DNA from: a virus
Taxonomy: Duplodnaviria > Caudoviricetes
Direction: 5' to 3' (one strand)
Virus record (IMG/VR): IMGVR_UViG_3300025162_000064
Coordinates: 1 to 53,080 of that record
Length of the DNA stretch: 53,080 bases
Part shown: one piece after another, positions 9,660-18,051 of the stretch
Position numbering within the stretch: position 1 is the stretch's first letter
Layout: every line of letters starts with the position of its first letter
Translations under genes and position numbers: made by a program
The notes under the pieces: generated by a model
Database searches by the model: none
Seen by the model: only the letters and a program-made list of their open reading frames with translations
Told to the model about the DNA's origin: nothing

Positions 9660-10451
9660 TTATAGGGTGCCGTCATTCAGGACCAGCACGCCACCGATGT
9701 TCACGCCAACGACAGCAGCCGTGGCCGCGCTGGAGGCGATTTGCCACCTGATGTCGGTGCCAGGGGCATACGCGAACGGGAAGTGGCGCTGAACTTCGTA
9801 GAAGGTGTTGAACGGCGACTGTAGGATGATGCGCTGCACACCGGATGGTAAGTTGATGATGGCCCGGTAGGTCGTATAGTTCACGCTGTTGCCGTTGAAG
9901 GACGAATATGCGCTAAACTGATAGCCATACATCGAGTAGCCGGCAGGGACGGTGTAGACAGCCATCTGCGACGTGCCGACGCTGCTCGTCACACCATTGA
10001 TGGTCGCCGTGTTGATCTGAGCGTAGATCACCGTGCCGCCCGTATTGGATAGCGTAATCACGCCAGAAGGATTGGTCGCACTGCCCGAGGAAACAGAGAT
10101 ATTGTTAATGCGGAAGTATTGGTTAACCGTCGGCACATTGGTCGTGCCATTCAGAACAAGAACTTCGGAAATGGCGTTGTAGTTTGCATCCAGGCCGGAG
10201 ATCGTAATCGAAGCGGTATCGCCGGCCACGGTGCTGACAAGGTTCATGGTGATGGCAGAGGTCGGAAACACGTAGTCCGTAGTGGACATGTTTTCCCAAG
10301 CCGTGCGGAACAGGCCTGCGGTTGCCGGAGTCGTGCCATATCCGAAAACATTCAGCGATGAATGGCCCGTAATCTGACCACGCGACACCTGAAGTTCGAA
10401 AGGCTCATAACGACCAGCGCGGGTGATGGATTGGTTGACGACGCCGACCAT
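9660..10451 (-). CDS. Conserved virion structural protein (beta-rich)
   Basis: 263 aa with FGY, ISGLDANY and QMAVYTVPAG motifs; in the head-tail region. Confidence 0.55.
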   Translation of the reverse strand: MVGVVNQSITRAGRYEPFELQVSRGQITGHSSLNVFGYGTTPATAGLFRTAWENMSTTDYVFPTSAITMNLVSTVAGDTASITISGLDANYNAISEVLVLNGTTNVPTVNQYFRINNISVSSGSATNPSGVITLSNTGGTVIYAQINTATINGVTSSVGTSQMAVYTVPAGYSMYGYQFSAYSSFNGNSVNYTTYRAIINLPSGVQRIILQSPFNTFYEVQRHFPFAYAPGTDIRWQIASSAATAAVVGVNIGGVLVLNDGTL

Positions 10452-10462
10452 GATTTATTCCT

Positions 10463-10732
10463 TTAACACTTCACATCCCAGCGTTTCAGCGCGAGATTGA
10501 TCCTGCTATTCGGATCGTGCGCCGTCTTCGCTGAAGTGAGTTTTTCTTTCATGCCGCACATGCGTGTGCGAAAATTATCACGGCGTTGCGCCGATTCTGG
10601 GCTGTGCTTGGCTTCAGAAGCCGTAACCGGGCGCTTGATGTTGTGGCCTTCAGCCTTCAGTGAGGCCCGCCCGCGTTCATTAAGACCGCCAGCCGGGTTC
10701 TTGCCCTCTTTGCGTGTCCAAGCGCCTGACAT
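10463..10732 (-). CDS. Small basic phage protein (DUF6321-like)
   Basis: AWTRKEGKNPAGGLNERGRAS...FRTRMCGMK...DPNSRINLALKRW; GGAG RBS upstream. Confidence 0.7.
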   Translation of the reverse strand: MSGAWTRKEGKNPAGGLNERGRASLKAEGHNIKRPVTASEAKHSPESAQRRDNFRTRMCGMKEKLTSAKTAHDPNSRINLALKRWDVKC

Positions 10733-10752
10733 GGCTTTCTCCAAATGGTTTA

Positions 10753-10771
10753 CGGGGGCACTAGGCCCCCG
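10753..10771 (-). terminator. GC-rich hairpin, possible attenuator/terminator
   Basis: cgggggc-actag-gcccccg directly after the stop of 10783-11280; no clear U-tract. Confidence 0.35.
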
Positions 10772-10782
10772 CATACCTTTTG

Positions 10783-11280
10783 TTAGTCCATCGTTTCCGG
10801 CTCAAGGTGACGGCCCTTAGCGGCCTCACCATGGCGAGCAGAAGTGAACGGGCTAGTATCGGACGAGGCGCGGCCACCGGACTTGCGCGGCTTGCGACCG
10901 GCATGGTGCTTCGCGTGTTCGCCCTCAACGTGGCCGACATGCTTCATGTGATGAAGCTTGCCACCGTGCTTGCGCTTGGCGCGACCACCGTGCTTCTTTT
11001 CGTGCATGGCTTCCGCCTCGCCGAAAATATTGTGGGCGTTGTGGCGGTGCTCCGGCTTGTCCTTGAGGTCTTTCTCGGCTTCGTTGTAGCCGTAGGTAGC
11101 AGCCTCGTGGCCCTTGCCGGTGCCGACGATGTTGTCCTCAACCTTCCCGCCAGCCTTGCGCGCCTTGCGAGCATGATGGACACCATGGTGCGCCAGTTCA
11201 TGCACGCCGTGGTGAGCGGTGTGATGGGCGACGTGGTGAGCGGAATGCTTCACGCCGTGATGCTCTTTATGACCCTTCAT
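10783..11280 (-). CDS. His/Lys-rich basic protein with four K/R-x-x-GG motifs
   Basis: 165 aa, very His-rich; contains RKAGGKV, KKHGGRA, RKHGGKL and RKSGGRA; AGGAGG RBS. Confidence 0.75.
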   Translation of the reverse strand: MKGHKEHHGVKHSAHHVAHHTAHHGVHELAHHGVHHARKARKAGGKVEDNIVGTGKGHEAATYGYNEAEKDLKDKPEHRHNAHNIFGEAEAMHEKKHGGRAKRKHGGKLHHMKHVGHVEGEHAKHHAGRKPRKSGGRASSDTSPFTSARHGEAAKGRHLEPETMD

Positions 11281-11292
11281 GGGTGCCTCCTA

Positions 11293-11823
11293 TTACGACG
11301 CGAGGTTGATGCCCTGAACGTAAAATACGCTCAGGGTGACGACGGCAGACCCAGTCGCGCCGAATGTGACAACGATCTGCACGTCGGTGTTGCCGACGTT
11401 GTCCCAGTTGCCAATCTGCGTGGAACCGGTCCCAGGCACGATGGTGATCTGACCAGCAGTGGCAACGCTTACGGCACCAGCGGTGGTGAAAGCGGTTGCG
11501 CTTGCGCTGGAACCGATACCCATGGTGCCGGCAGATTGGGTTGTGGTCACCATGGCATAGATGTCAGTGATCTGACTCTGCGCCGGGATAACGATGTTGG
11601 TCGTCACAGCCGTGCCGCCAGAACCGGGCTGCTTCACGACAACCGACTGCACCATGCTGGCATAGCCGAGGTTCGCCGCACCGGTCGTTTCGCCGACACC
11701 GGCAAGGGTGCCGGAACCATCGCTCGCCACGACGTTGCCAGCCACAAGGGGGCCAGTAAAGGTCGAAGCCGGCCAGATCGGGCTTCCGTTGGCGTTCGGA
11801 TAAACGCCGCCATTAATATCCAT
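11293..11823 (-). CDS. Head decoration/structural protein
   Basis: STFTGPLVAG and IPAQSQITDI motifs; follows the MCP gene, separated only by an endonuclease insertion. Confidence 0.6.
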   Translation of the reverse strand: MDINGGVYPNANGSPIWPASTFTGPLVAGNVVASDGSGTLAGVGETTGAANLGYASMVQSVVVKQPGSGGTAVTTNIVIPAQSQITDIYAMVTTTQSAGTMGIGSSASATAFTTAGAVSVATAGQITIVPGTGSTQIGNWDNVGNTDVQIVVTFGATGSAVVTLSVFYVQGINLAS

Positions 11824-11859
11824 GGTCAGGCTCCTTTCGGCATACTTGTTCGTTCATCA

Positions 11860-12537
11860 TTAGGCAGCTTCCTTTTGACTGTGCCGGTCCAGGTAATCGG
11901 CGGCGGCACGGAGGACTTTGGAGTTATCTTTGGCTTCACCAAGGATATGATTGCAGGAGTTGCAGAGAAGATTACGAATGGCTCCAGTAGCATGATCGTG
12001 ATCTACAGAAAGATCACGGGTTCGACTGTCGCTATCTTTAGTCTTACGCCCCGGCAACTTGGAAGTTTCTTTCAGGCCGCAAATAGCACAAACGCCACCC
12101 TGTCGGGCATGCATTTCTGCATATTCTGTGTAAGAAATCCCATAAGAACGGGCCAAACCATAATGACGCGCTTGTTCGGTGTTCATTTTGTAGCTGGTTT
12201 TACCATCCTTACCTGTAATCCGTATCGCTTTGTGTTCCGCAATCTTCAGGTTTGGAGCCCGAAGATTGTCTGGATTTTCATCAATGAAGAAAACCGAACG
12301 ATCCGGCCATTCTTTTGTCAGGAACAGCCATGCAACTTGAGCGCCAGACATTTTTCGACCACGATAGGTGATCGAAAGATAATCCTTGCCATTTTGCATG
12401 CGTTGCCGAACGCCAGCCAGACCGCCAGCCAACGCCCTGGAGCTAACTGACACTTTCCAGGTGAACTCACCTGTCAGCGGGTCGTAATCCAGAACTTTTG
12501 CTAAGTCTTCGTAAGTGAAGTCTACAGCCTTCGCCAT
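11860..12537 (-). CDS. Homing endonuclease: degenerate HNH-like N-terminal domain plus endonuclease VII domain
   Basis: N-terminal YDPLTGEFTW...WP...NLR.PNL; C-terminal YGIS..EY..M...QGGVCAIC...LSVDHDH.TG.IR.LLCNSCN..LG. Confidence 0.85.
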   Translation of the reverse strand: MAKAVDFTYEDLAKVLDYDPLTGEFTWKVSVSSRALAGGLAGVRQRMQNGKDYLSITYRGRKMSGAQVAWLFLTKEWPDRSVFFIDENPDNLRAPNLKIAEHKAIRITGKDGKTSYKMNTEQARHYGLARSYGISYTEYAEMHARQGGVCAICGLKETSKLPGRKTKDSDSRTRDLSVDHDHATGAIRNLLCNSCNHILGEAKDNSKVLRAAADYLDRHSQKEAA

Positions 12538-12648
12538 GTCATATCCTTCCATCGCCAAGATTGGCGACGGAGAATGTAGACTGACTGACGAAGGCTGTAA
12601 ATACCCCATTATACTTTAGACTTTCGGCTAACTCATTGAAACCAAAGG

Positions 12649-13563
12649 CTACGAGGTCGGGAAGCTACCCCAGATGGAACGCCAATTGTAGTAACCAAAA
12701 CTATAACGTTCATAGCCTTTCACCAAGAGGTTGTCTGTGACAAAATCGACCTGCATGTCCGTTTCGAACTTGACACGTTCCATGTAGGACAAACCGTCGA
12801 TGTTCGTCAGCAGGAACCAAGCATACGGCGACGTCAAGTAGTCGTTGATCATGTAACCTTCCGGCAAGCCGCCGGCAGTGGTCAAGATCGCGTTGACGTC
12901 GTTGTCGGCGGTGCCGGGGCGAAGTTCCGTCTTGGTCAGACGGACCGCAACCGGCTCCAACTGCGGCGGCACAACCAGCTTGCGGCCACGGGCGAAGACC
13001 TTCAGGCCAGCCATGTCCTTGAAGTTGGTGCGGATGCTGATCATGCCGTTCAGCAGGGTCGCCTCGTTCAAGTCAACGTCAGTCGTCGGGCGGTTCGCAA
13101 TGGTGCTGCCGTCAATCGGATGCGCCGTGGAACACAGAGCCACACCGTCACCGCCGACGTTGGCGTTGTAGGTGGTGGCGGTGTTCAGGATGTTCGCGCC
13201 GTAGATTTCCTTGGTCTGCTGAAAGGATTCAATCAGGCCGAGGTTCGACGGATGGAACTGGGTCTTGTAGAGGTTGTCGTCCACCGCCTTGCGGGTGATG
13301 GCGTAACCAAGGGCAATTTCAGAATGCTCTTGGTTGTAGATAAACCGTTCACCAGCGCCGTTGTCGAAGGAGGTCTGGCCACCTTCAGTCTTCAACTGCG
13401 CGAGGCCGAGGAACCGCATTTCGGCGGTGCGTTCGAGAGCCAGTTTCGAGTCGTGCTTCGTGAAAATCCGGTCGTATTGCGACGGGATCATCTCGTATTT
13501 GCCTTCAATGCCACGCAAGCCCGGCAGGAGAAGGTCTTTAATCGCTGAAAGATTGACAGCCAT
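12649..13563 (-). CDS. Major capsid protein
   Basis: 304 aa; MAVNLSAIKDLLLPGL, GGDGVALCSTAHP, LVVPPQL, AWFLLT and KGYERYSFG motifs of an HK97-fold MCP family. Confidence 0.9.
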   Translation of the reverse strand: MAVNLSAIKDLLLPGLRGIEGKYEMIPSQYDRIFTKHDSKLALERTAEMRFLGLAQLKTEGGQTSFDNGAGERFIYNQEHSEIALGYAITRKAVDDNLYKTQFHPSNLGLIESFQQTKEIYGANILNTATTYNANVGGDGVALCSTAHPIDGSTIANRPTTDVDLNEATLLNGMISIRTNFKDMAGLKVFARGRKLVVPPQLEPVAVRLTKTELRPGTADNDVNAILTTAGGLPEGYMINDYLTSPYAWFLLTNIDGLSYMERVKFETDMQVDFVTDNLLVKGYERYSFGYYNWRSIWGSFPTS

Positions 13564-13579
13564 TGGTGCCTACTCCCTG

Positions 13580-14293
13580 TTAGATGCCGGCCACGCCAGA
13601 CTTCGTCGCCATCGTATTGAAGGCAACAACAATCCGGTTGTAGGCAGAGGTGAAGTCATTGCCGTTGATGCTCTGGAGCGGGTTGGACCCGTCGGGAGTG
13701 TAGTTGGCAAGGGCGATGACGCGGAACGGCAGAGTGGCGCTGGTGCCGCCCGGCGTGGTCAGCGTGTATTGGTCGGCGTAGGCGGTGGACAGGCCGGTGG
13801 ACACGTTGCCCGGCGTGGTGCCGAGGGTGTTCGTGTTCGATCCGGTGCCGGTGCCGTAGGCGAAGCCGATGTTCTGGCCGATGGCAGAAACGCCAACCGC
13901 AGTGGCAGTCGTGTTGCTGTTGGCAGTCTGAACAAGGAACTGAGCGTTCGGGTCCGTGATGACGTAGGCAGTCACCGCAGCGGCAGTGTTCACGTCACCA
14001 ACGCCAGGGAAGTAGTTCGACCAAACGGTGCGCTTGTTCGACACCGACAGGTATTTGCAGCCGGCAAAGATGCCGATCATGCTACCAGCGGCGGCGGCAT
14101 TGGCCGAGGTGGTGCTGTTGGTGCCGACCTGACAGATGTAGCCCGTCGAAAGCTGCGCCACTGGATCACCCGAGAAAATCTGCGGGTTGGTAGAGTTGGT
14201 GGACGAAATCGCAAGCTGCACTTGCTCATAGGTCGGGGACGAACCGGTCCCAGAATACTGCGAAAAACCGAAAGGCGCGTTTGTATTCGCCAT
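13580..14293 (-). CDS. Minor capsid/cement protein
   Basis: MANTNAPFGF...IFSGDPV...GIFAGCKY...AYVITDPNAQFLVQ, directly upstream of the MCP; AAGGAG RBS before the ATG at 14293. Confidence 0.7.
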   Translation of the reverse strand: MANTNAPFGFSQYSGTGSSPTYEQVQLAISSTNSTNPQIFSGDPVAQLSTGYICQVGTNSTTSANAAAAGSMIGIFAGCKYLSVSNKRTVWSNYFPGVGDVNTAAAVTAYVITDPNAQFLVQTANSNTTATAVGVSAIGQNIGFAYGTGTGSNTNTLGTTPGNVSTGLSTAYADQYTLTTPGGTSATLPFRVIALANYTPDGSNPLQSINGNDFTSAYNRIVVAFNTMATKSGVAGI

Positions 14294-14438
14294 GACGGGT
14301 TCTCCTTCATAAAAGGAGGCTCCATCATCGCACACCGGGGCGATGGGAAACCGGGTGATAACTAATACCAAACACCCCGAGGTATTTGGGAGGGATAAAC
14401 CCTGCTGCTCGTCAACATACACAAGTCAAAAAGCAAAT

Positions 14439-14462
14439 AAAAGGGCTTTTTACGGCCCTTTT
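14439..14462 (-). terminator. Rho-independent terminator
   Basis: aaaagggc-tttttacg-gccctttt hairpin with a U-rich tail on the minus strand, after 14476-15099. Confidence 0.55.
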
Positions 14463-14475
14463 ACTTCGTGTGCTC

Positions 14476-15099
14476 TTACTCGTCGGCAGGAATGGCAATA
14501 GGCGAGTAGCTTTTGTTGATTTTCGATCGAACCTGGGCATGATCGCGCCCGAATTGACCGTCAGGTGCGGAGTTGAGTTGCTCCTCCTTCTTCCGAACCT
14601 GATTGCGCGCCTCCTTGTTTTCGATCTGGCGCACTTCGTCAGTGATTTCCTTCGGTCGTTCCATCAGGACCATGCCCTTGCGAGACACAACGCCCTTGGA
14701 ACCGATGGGCATCATTTCAGGGTGTCTGCTTGCATCGACGGCTTCCCACCCCTTGCGAGCCAAGGCGACTTGATACGCGGGGTCTTCCTGGCCGAGGATG
14801 GTGTTGCGCTTCCATTCATACGTCCAGCCGTCAGGGACGAGGTGCGGCGGGATAAAGAACTCGTCAGTTCCTTCATCCATGTCGCCAATGTTGCCGCGCA
14901 GTTCGGCGGCGCGACGTGCGGCGCGTGCGCGGGGGTCTTCGTCACGCATAGCCTGTCGCATGGCAGCACGTTGCGGCGCGTCGGGAACCTTGATGTCGGT
15001 CACAACCGGTGCGTCGGCAGTCTCAGGTGTTTCAAGCGCCTGTTGTAGGACGCTTTTGGGCGCGGATTTCATCGCACGCCGTGTAATTGAACCACTCAT
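14476..15099 (-). CDS. Conserved head-module protein
   Basis: PDGWTYEWKR...GWEAV...GMVLMERP motif, commonly found between scaffold and capsid genes. Confidence 0.6.
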   Translation of the reverse strand: MSGSITRRAMKSAPKSVLQQALETPETADAPVVTDIKVPDAPQRAAMRQAMRDEDPRARAARRAAELRGNIGDMDEGTDEFFIPPHLVPDGWTYEWKRNTILGQEDPAYQVALARKGWEAVDASRHPEMMPIGSKGVVSRKGMVLMERPKEITDEVRQIENKEARNQVRKKEEQLNSAPDGQFGRDHAQVRSKINKSYSPIAIPADE

Positions 15100-15110
15100 G
15101 TTCTATCCTT

Positions 15111-15992
15111 TCAGTGGATTTTGCCTTCACGCTTCAGCTTCAGCTTTTCTTTCCCGTATTCTTCGGGCGTCATCTTCATCATGCTCGCCATTTCGCGTTC
15201 TTCGGCGCTCAGGCGGACGACCGTTTGCCGGTCGCTGGATGATTGACGACTGACGGGTGCCGCTGCCGGCGCTGCGTTGGGCGAAACACGCTGTTGCGTG
15301 ACTTTTGCGGTCTGTTCCATGGGTGTTTCAGCCTGGGTGGCTGCCGCGCCACGGTTGATCTTCAGGGCGCTTTCGACCTCGGCAAAGTATGCGTCAGTGT
15401 CCGGCTGGATGCCGTCTGCAACAGCAAGGTTGTGTGCGTTGATCATCTTGTTGAACAGGCGCTGATCACGCGCGAACTCAGGATGACGCCGGATCCACTC
15501 GGCAGAGCGAGGGGTAAGCTGCGATGCTAGCGCCTCGACCGGGTCTGCGGGTTGCTGTCGCGGCGGTTCCTGCCTGGGCGCAGCTTCCATCGCCGCCTTG
15601 CCGTTCTCCAGTTGCAGGCGCTTGGCTTCGTTGGAGGCCATTTCCTGCTGGATTTCGGCTGCACGCCCATAGTCACCTGCCTGCATCGCTTCAGCGTAGT
15701 GCGACTTCAGAATGCCGGTGTTCGTGTTGACCGTATAGATGGCGTTGTTGATCAACTGAAGGTCAGTGTCGGCCTTTTCGTTGCGCGCTGCATATTCACG
15801 GCTCTGGGCCTCGTGAATGCGGCGCTCGGCGTTGATACGAGCCTGCTTTTCAGCTTCAAGTTGCTGTTTTAGCTGCTCAATACTGGCATTGAAGTCGGTT
15901 TCAGGCTCGTTTGTGTCTGCAACCTGAATTTCAACGCCTTCTTTCGGCGTTTCTTCAACAACGACGCCATCAATATTATTTTCGTCTGCCAT
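15111..15992 (-). CDS. Capsid scaffolding protein
   Basis: Acidic N-terminus, long coiled coil, C-terminal VRLSAEEREMASMMKMTPEEY capsid-binding-type motif. Confidence 0.75.
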   Translation of the reverse strand: MADENNIDGVVVEETPKEGVEIQVADTNEPETDFNASIEQLKQQLEAEKQARINAERRIHEAQSREYAARNEKADTDLQLINNAIYTVNTNTGILKSHYAEAMQAGDYGRAAEIQQEMASNEAKRLQLENGKAAMEAAPRQEPPRQQPADPVEALASQLTPRSAEWIRRHPEFARDQRLFNKMINAHNLAVADGIQPDTDAYFAEVESALKINRGAAATQAETPMEQTAKVTQQRVSPNAAPAAAPVSRQSSSDRQTVVRLSAEEREMASMMKMTPEEYGKEKLKLKREGKIH

Positions 15993-16007
15993 GTTGATGC
16001 CCCCTTA

Positions 16008-16412
16008 TTACCAAACTTGGTCAGGCGCTTGAATGCGACCACGGATATTCGTGTCATCAAGCATGCGACAGACGACGTTGTTGATTGTCACGCTCCACCC
16101 GTCGGAGGGGCGGAAGAACACCCAGTCGTCAAGGCTGATGTCGATGCCTTCAAACCAGTTGTTTGACGGGTCAACGAAGGCTTGCGGGCCTTTCTTCAGC
16201 ACCAGACCGACCTTGCCCTGGATTTTGTCTTCGTCGCGGGTGCCGCTGGTCAGATAGATGCCGCTCTTGGTCTTTTCAGGCCGCATATAGACAGCAACAA
16301 GCACCTGATTGTTGAAAACTTCGACGTTATTGACGTTACCGACCTCCTTTTTCAAGGCTTGCTTAGGGTCGGTTGAATGCTCCATCACCATGAAGGGCAT
16401 ATTGTTCTCCAT
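16008..16412 (-). CDS. groES: GroES-like co-chaperonin
   Basis: VLV....PEKTKSGIYL...GLVLKKGP.A...DWVFF...CRMLDD..I pattern of Cpn10. Confidence 0.8.
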   Translation of the reverse strand: MENNMPFMVMEHSTDPKQALKKEVGNVNNVEVFNNQVLVAVYMRPEKTKSGIYLTSGTRDEDKIQGKVGLVLKKGPQAFVDPSNNWFEGIDISLDDWVFFRPSDGWSVTINNVVCRMLDDTNIRGRIQAPDQVW

Positions 16413-16424
16413 TACTTGCGTTGG

Positions 16425-16613
16425 TTAAGTATTGGACAGCAGCTTGTTTGCTTCATCGCATAAATCAAGGGCTGTTCTTAGGCCGGTAATAATTCCGACC
16501 TCTTTTTGGTAATCTAATGCGTGGCCGAAGGACAAATCGTCTTTGCGTCTTTCGATAGTTTCAATCAGTAATTTACGCAATTCCTTCTCAAAAAGCATGT
16601 TGTATGTGAGCAT
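16425..16613 (-). CDS. Hypothetical protein
   Basis: 62 aa helical protein (DYQKEVGIITGL), the type commonly found upstream of phage groES. Confidence 0.6.
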   Translation of the reverse strand: MLTYNMLFEKELRKLLIETIERRKDDLSFGHALDYQKEVGIITGLRTALDLCDEANKLLSNT

Positions 16614-16632
16614 TTACTTGGTCCTGGAATAC

Positions 16633-16667
16633 AAAACGGGCAGTAACACATCTATGTTACCGCCCGC
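16633..16667 (-). terminator. Rho-independent terminator
   Basis: Minus strand reads cgggcggtaaca-tagatg-tgttactgcccg followed by ttttgtatt. Confidence 0.6.
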
Positions 16668-16696
16668 CAAGTATTAATGCAAATCAGGCCGAAGAA

Positions 16697-17986
16697 TTAC
16701 TTCCGGTGACCGTATTCCTTGATCTTTTCAAGGCGTCCTTTGCCGCCACCTGCGCCGAACTCCATCTTGGCTTCAGCAACGCGACCACCGGTCTTGCGCC
16801 CCATCATCGGAGGCATGCCGCCAGGAGGCGGTGCGCCGGCACCCGGAGGAGGCATCATCGGCGGCATACCGCCAGGAGGCATACCCATAGGAGCGCCAGC
16901 GCCTGGAGGAGGCGGAACAGCAACCGGCATAGCGGGAGGACGCGGAGGCATGGTCGGCGGCTGACCGCCACCCATCTGGTTATCCATGCCCTTGCCGGTG
17001 CCGATAATGATGTTGATGTTGGTCTTGCCCTTGGTGCGACCACCATCCTTGCGAGCCATGCGCCCACCGGTCGGACGAGTGCCCTCCAGAGCGCCGTCAG
17101 ACACGCTCAGGCTGCCACCACGCTTCTTGGCGACACCACCATGGCATTCATGGCAACGGCACCCAGGACCATGCTCGGCCTTGCCACCGCGTTTGCGAGG
17201 CTGACCGGTCCACAGGGCATTCGGGTCATTCGGATCGGGGCGCGTGTCCAGATCAGGATAGGTTTCACGCCGACGCTGTTTGCCGCCACCGGCCTTAATG
17301 ATGGCAGCAAGGGCGGCTAGATCCGGTTTCTGCGATGCAGGTGCCAGATACGGTTTATCGCCCGCACCCGTCCCCATAGCTTCGCCGCCATCATACTTGT
17401 GCGCCCGACCACCGGTAGCCTTGCCGGTCAGGGCATTCCCCTTCACCATCTTCTTCACCAGGGCGCGGTCTTCGCGTTCGTCGGGGTGTTCGGCTTTCCC
17501 GCCACGCTTCATCGGGCCAACGCCCGGACGCATCGGCATACCCTGACCGCCGGCCATTTTTGCTTTCATCAACGCGAGGACGCGCGGGTCCATGCTGCCG
17601 GCGTTGGGCGCACCCATCATCGGCCCGCCGACCATTTTATGCGCCCGTCCGCCCTTGTTGAACCCGCCGACATGCTTGCTGCCATCACGCTCGGCGTTGG
17701 CTTCTTTGGCGTTGCGGTTGATCAGGCTGTCAGCAGACAGGGCCTTACCACCTGACTTGCGCGGCTTGCGACCAGCGTGGCGTTTGGCGTGTTCGCCATG
17801 AACAGCGCCGACAACCTTACCGCCCTTCTTGAACTGCCGGCGCGAGATCGGTCGCATGCCGGTCTTTACGTCAGCGTCAAGGGCGTCTGGCGGCGTGTAG
17901 CCGGATGCATCAACTTTCGCCCCCTGCGGGTCGGTTCGGGTGATCCGGTGTGCTTTAGCGCGTGCGCGATCAGTTGCTTGCGACAT
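16697..17986 (-). CDS. Basic, low-complexity protein with about 12 K/R-x-x-GG motifs and a Pro/Met-rich C-terminal region
   Basis: 429 aa; FKKGGKV, RKSGGKA, FNKGGRA, MKRGGKA, KATGGRA, KYDGGEA, RKRGGKA, KKRGGSL, RKDGGRT, RKTGGRV; AGGAG RBS. Confidence 0.75.
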   Translation of the reverse strand: MSQATDRARAKAHRITRTDPQGAKVDASGYTPPDALDADVKTGMRPISRRQFKKGGKVVGAVHGEHAKRHAGRKPRKSGGKALSADSLINRNAKEANAERDGSKHVGGFNKGGRAHKMVGGPMMGAPNAGSMDPRVLALMKAKMAGGQGMPMRPGVGPMKRGGKAEHPDEREDRALVKKMVKGNALTGKATGGRAHKYDGGEAMGTGAGDKPYLAPASQKPDLAALAAIIKAGGGKQRRRETYPDLDTRPDPNDPNALWTGQPRKRGGKAEHGPGCRCHECHGGVAKKRGGSLSVSDGALEGTRPTGGRMARKDGGRTKGKTNINIIIGTGKGMDNQMGGGQPPTMPPRPPAMPVAVPPPPGAGAPMGMPPGGMPPMMPPPGAGAPPPGGMPPMMGRKTGGRVAEAKMEFGAGGGKGRLEKIKEYGHRK

Positions 17987-18051
17987 GTCTTCGTTCTCCT
18001 ACCGGCGTCCCGGCGTTTGTTTAACACAAATACCATATAGCTTTGGCGATA

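Noticed and set aside
10780-12450. 556-aa plus-strand ORF
   Set aside because: Antisense to three well-supported minus-strand genes, with no recognisable motifs.
11824-12648. Group I intron around the EndoVII gene
   Set aside because: The flanking genes are intact and the non-coding flanks (about 35 and 110 bp) are too short for an intron core.
13580-14422. Longer start (14422) for the cement gene; likewise extended starts for 25696, 31583, 32124 and 32473
   Set aside because: Downstream starts have clear RBS or stop-start coupling and match the family N-termini.
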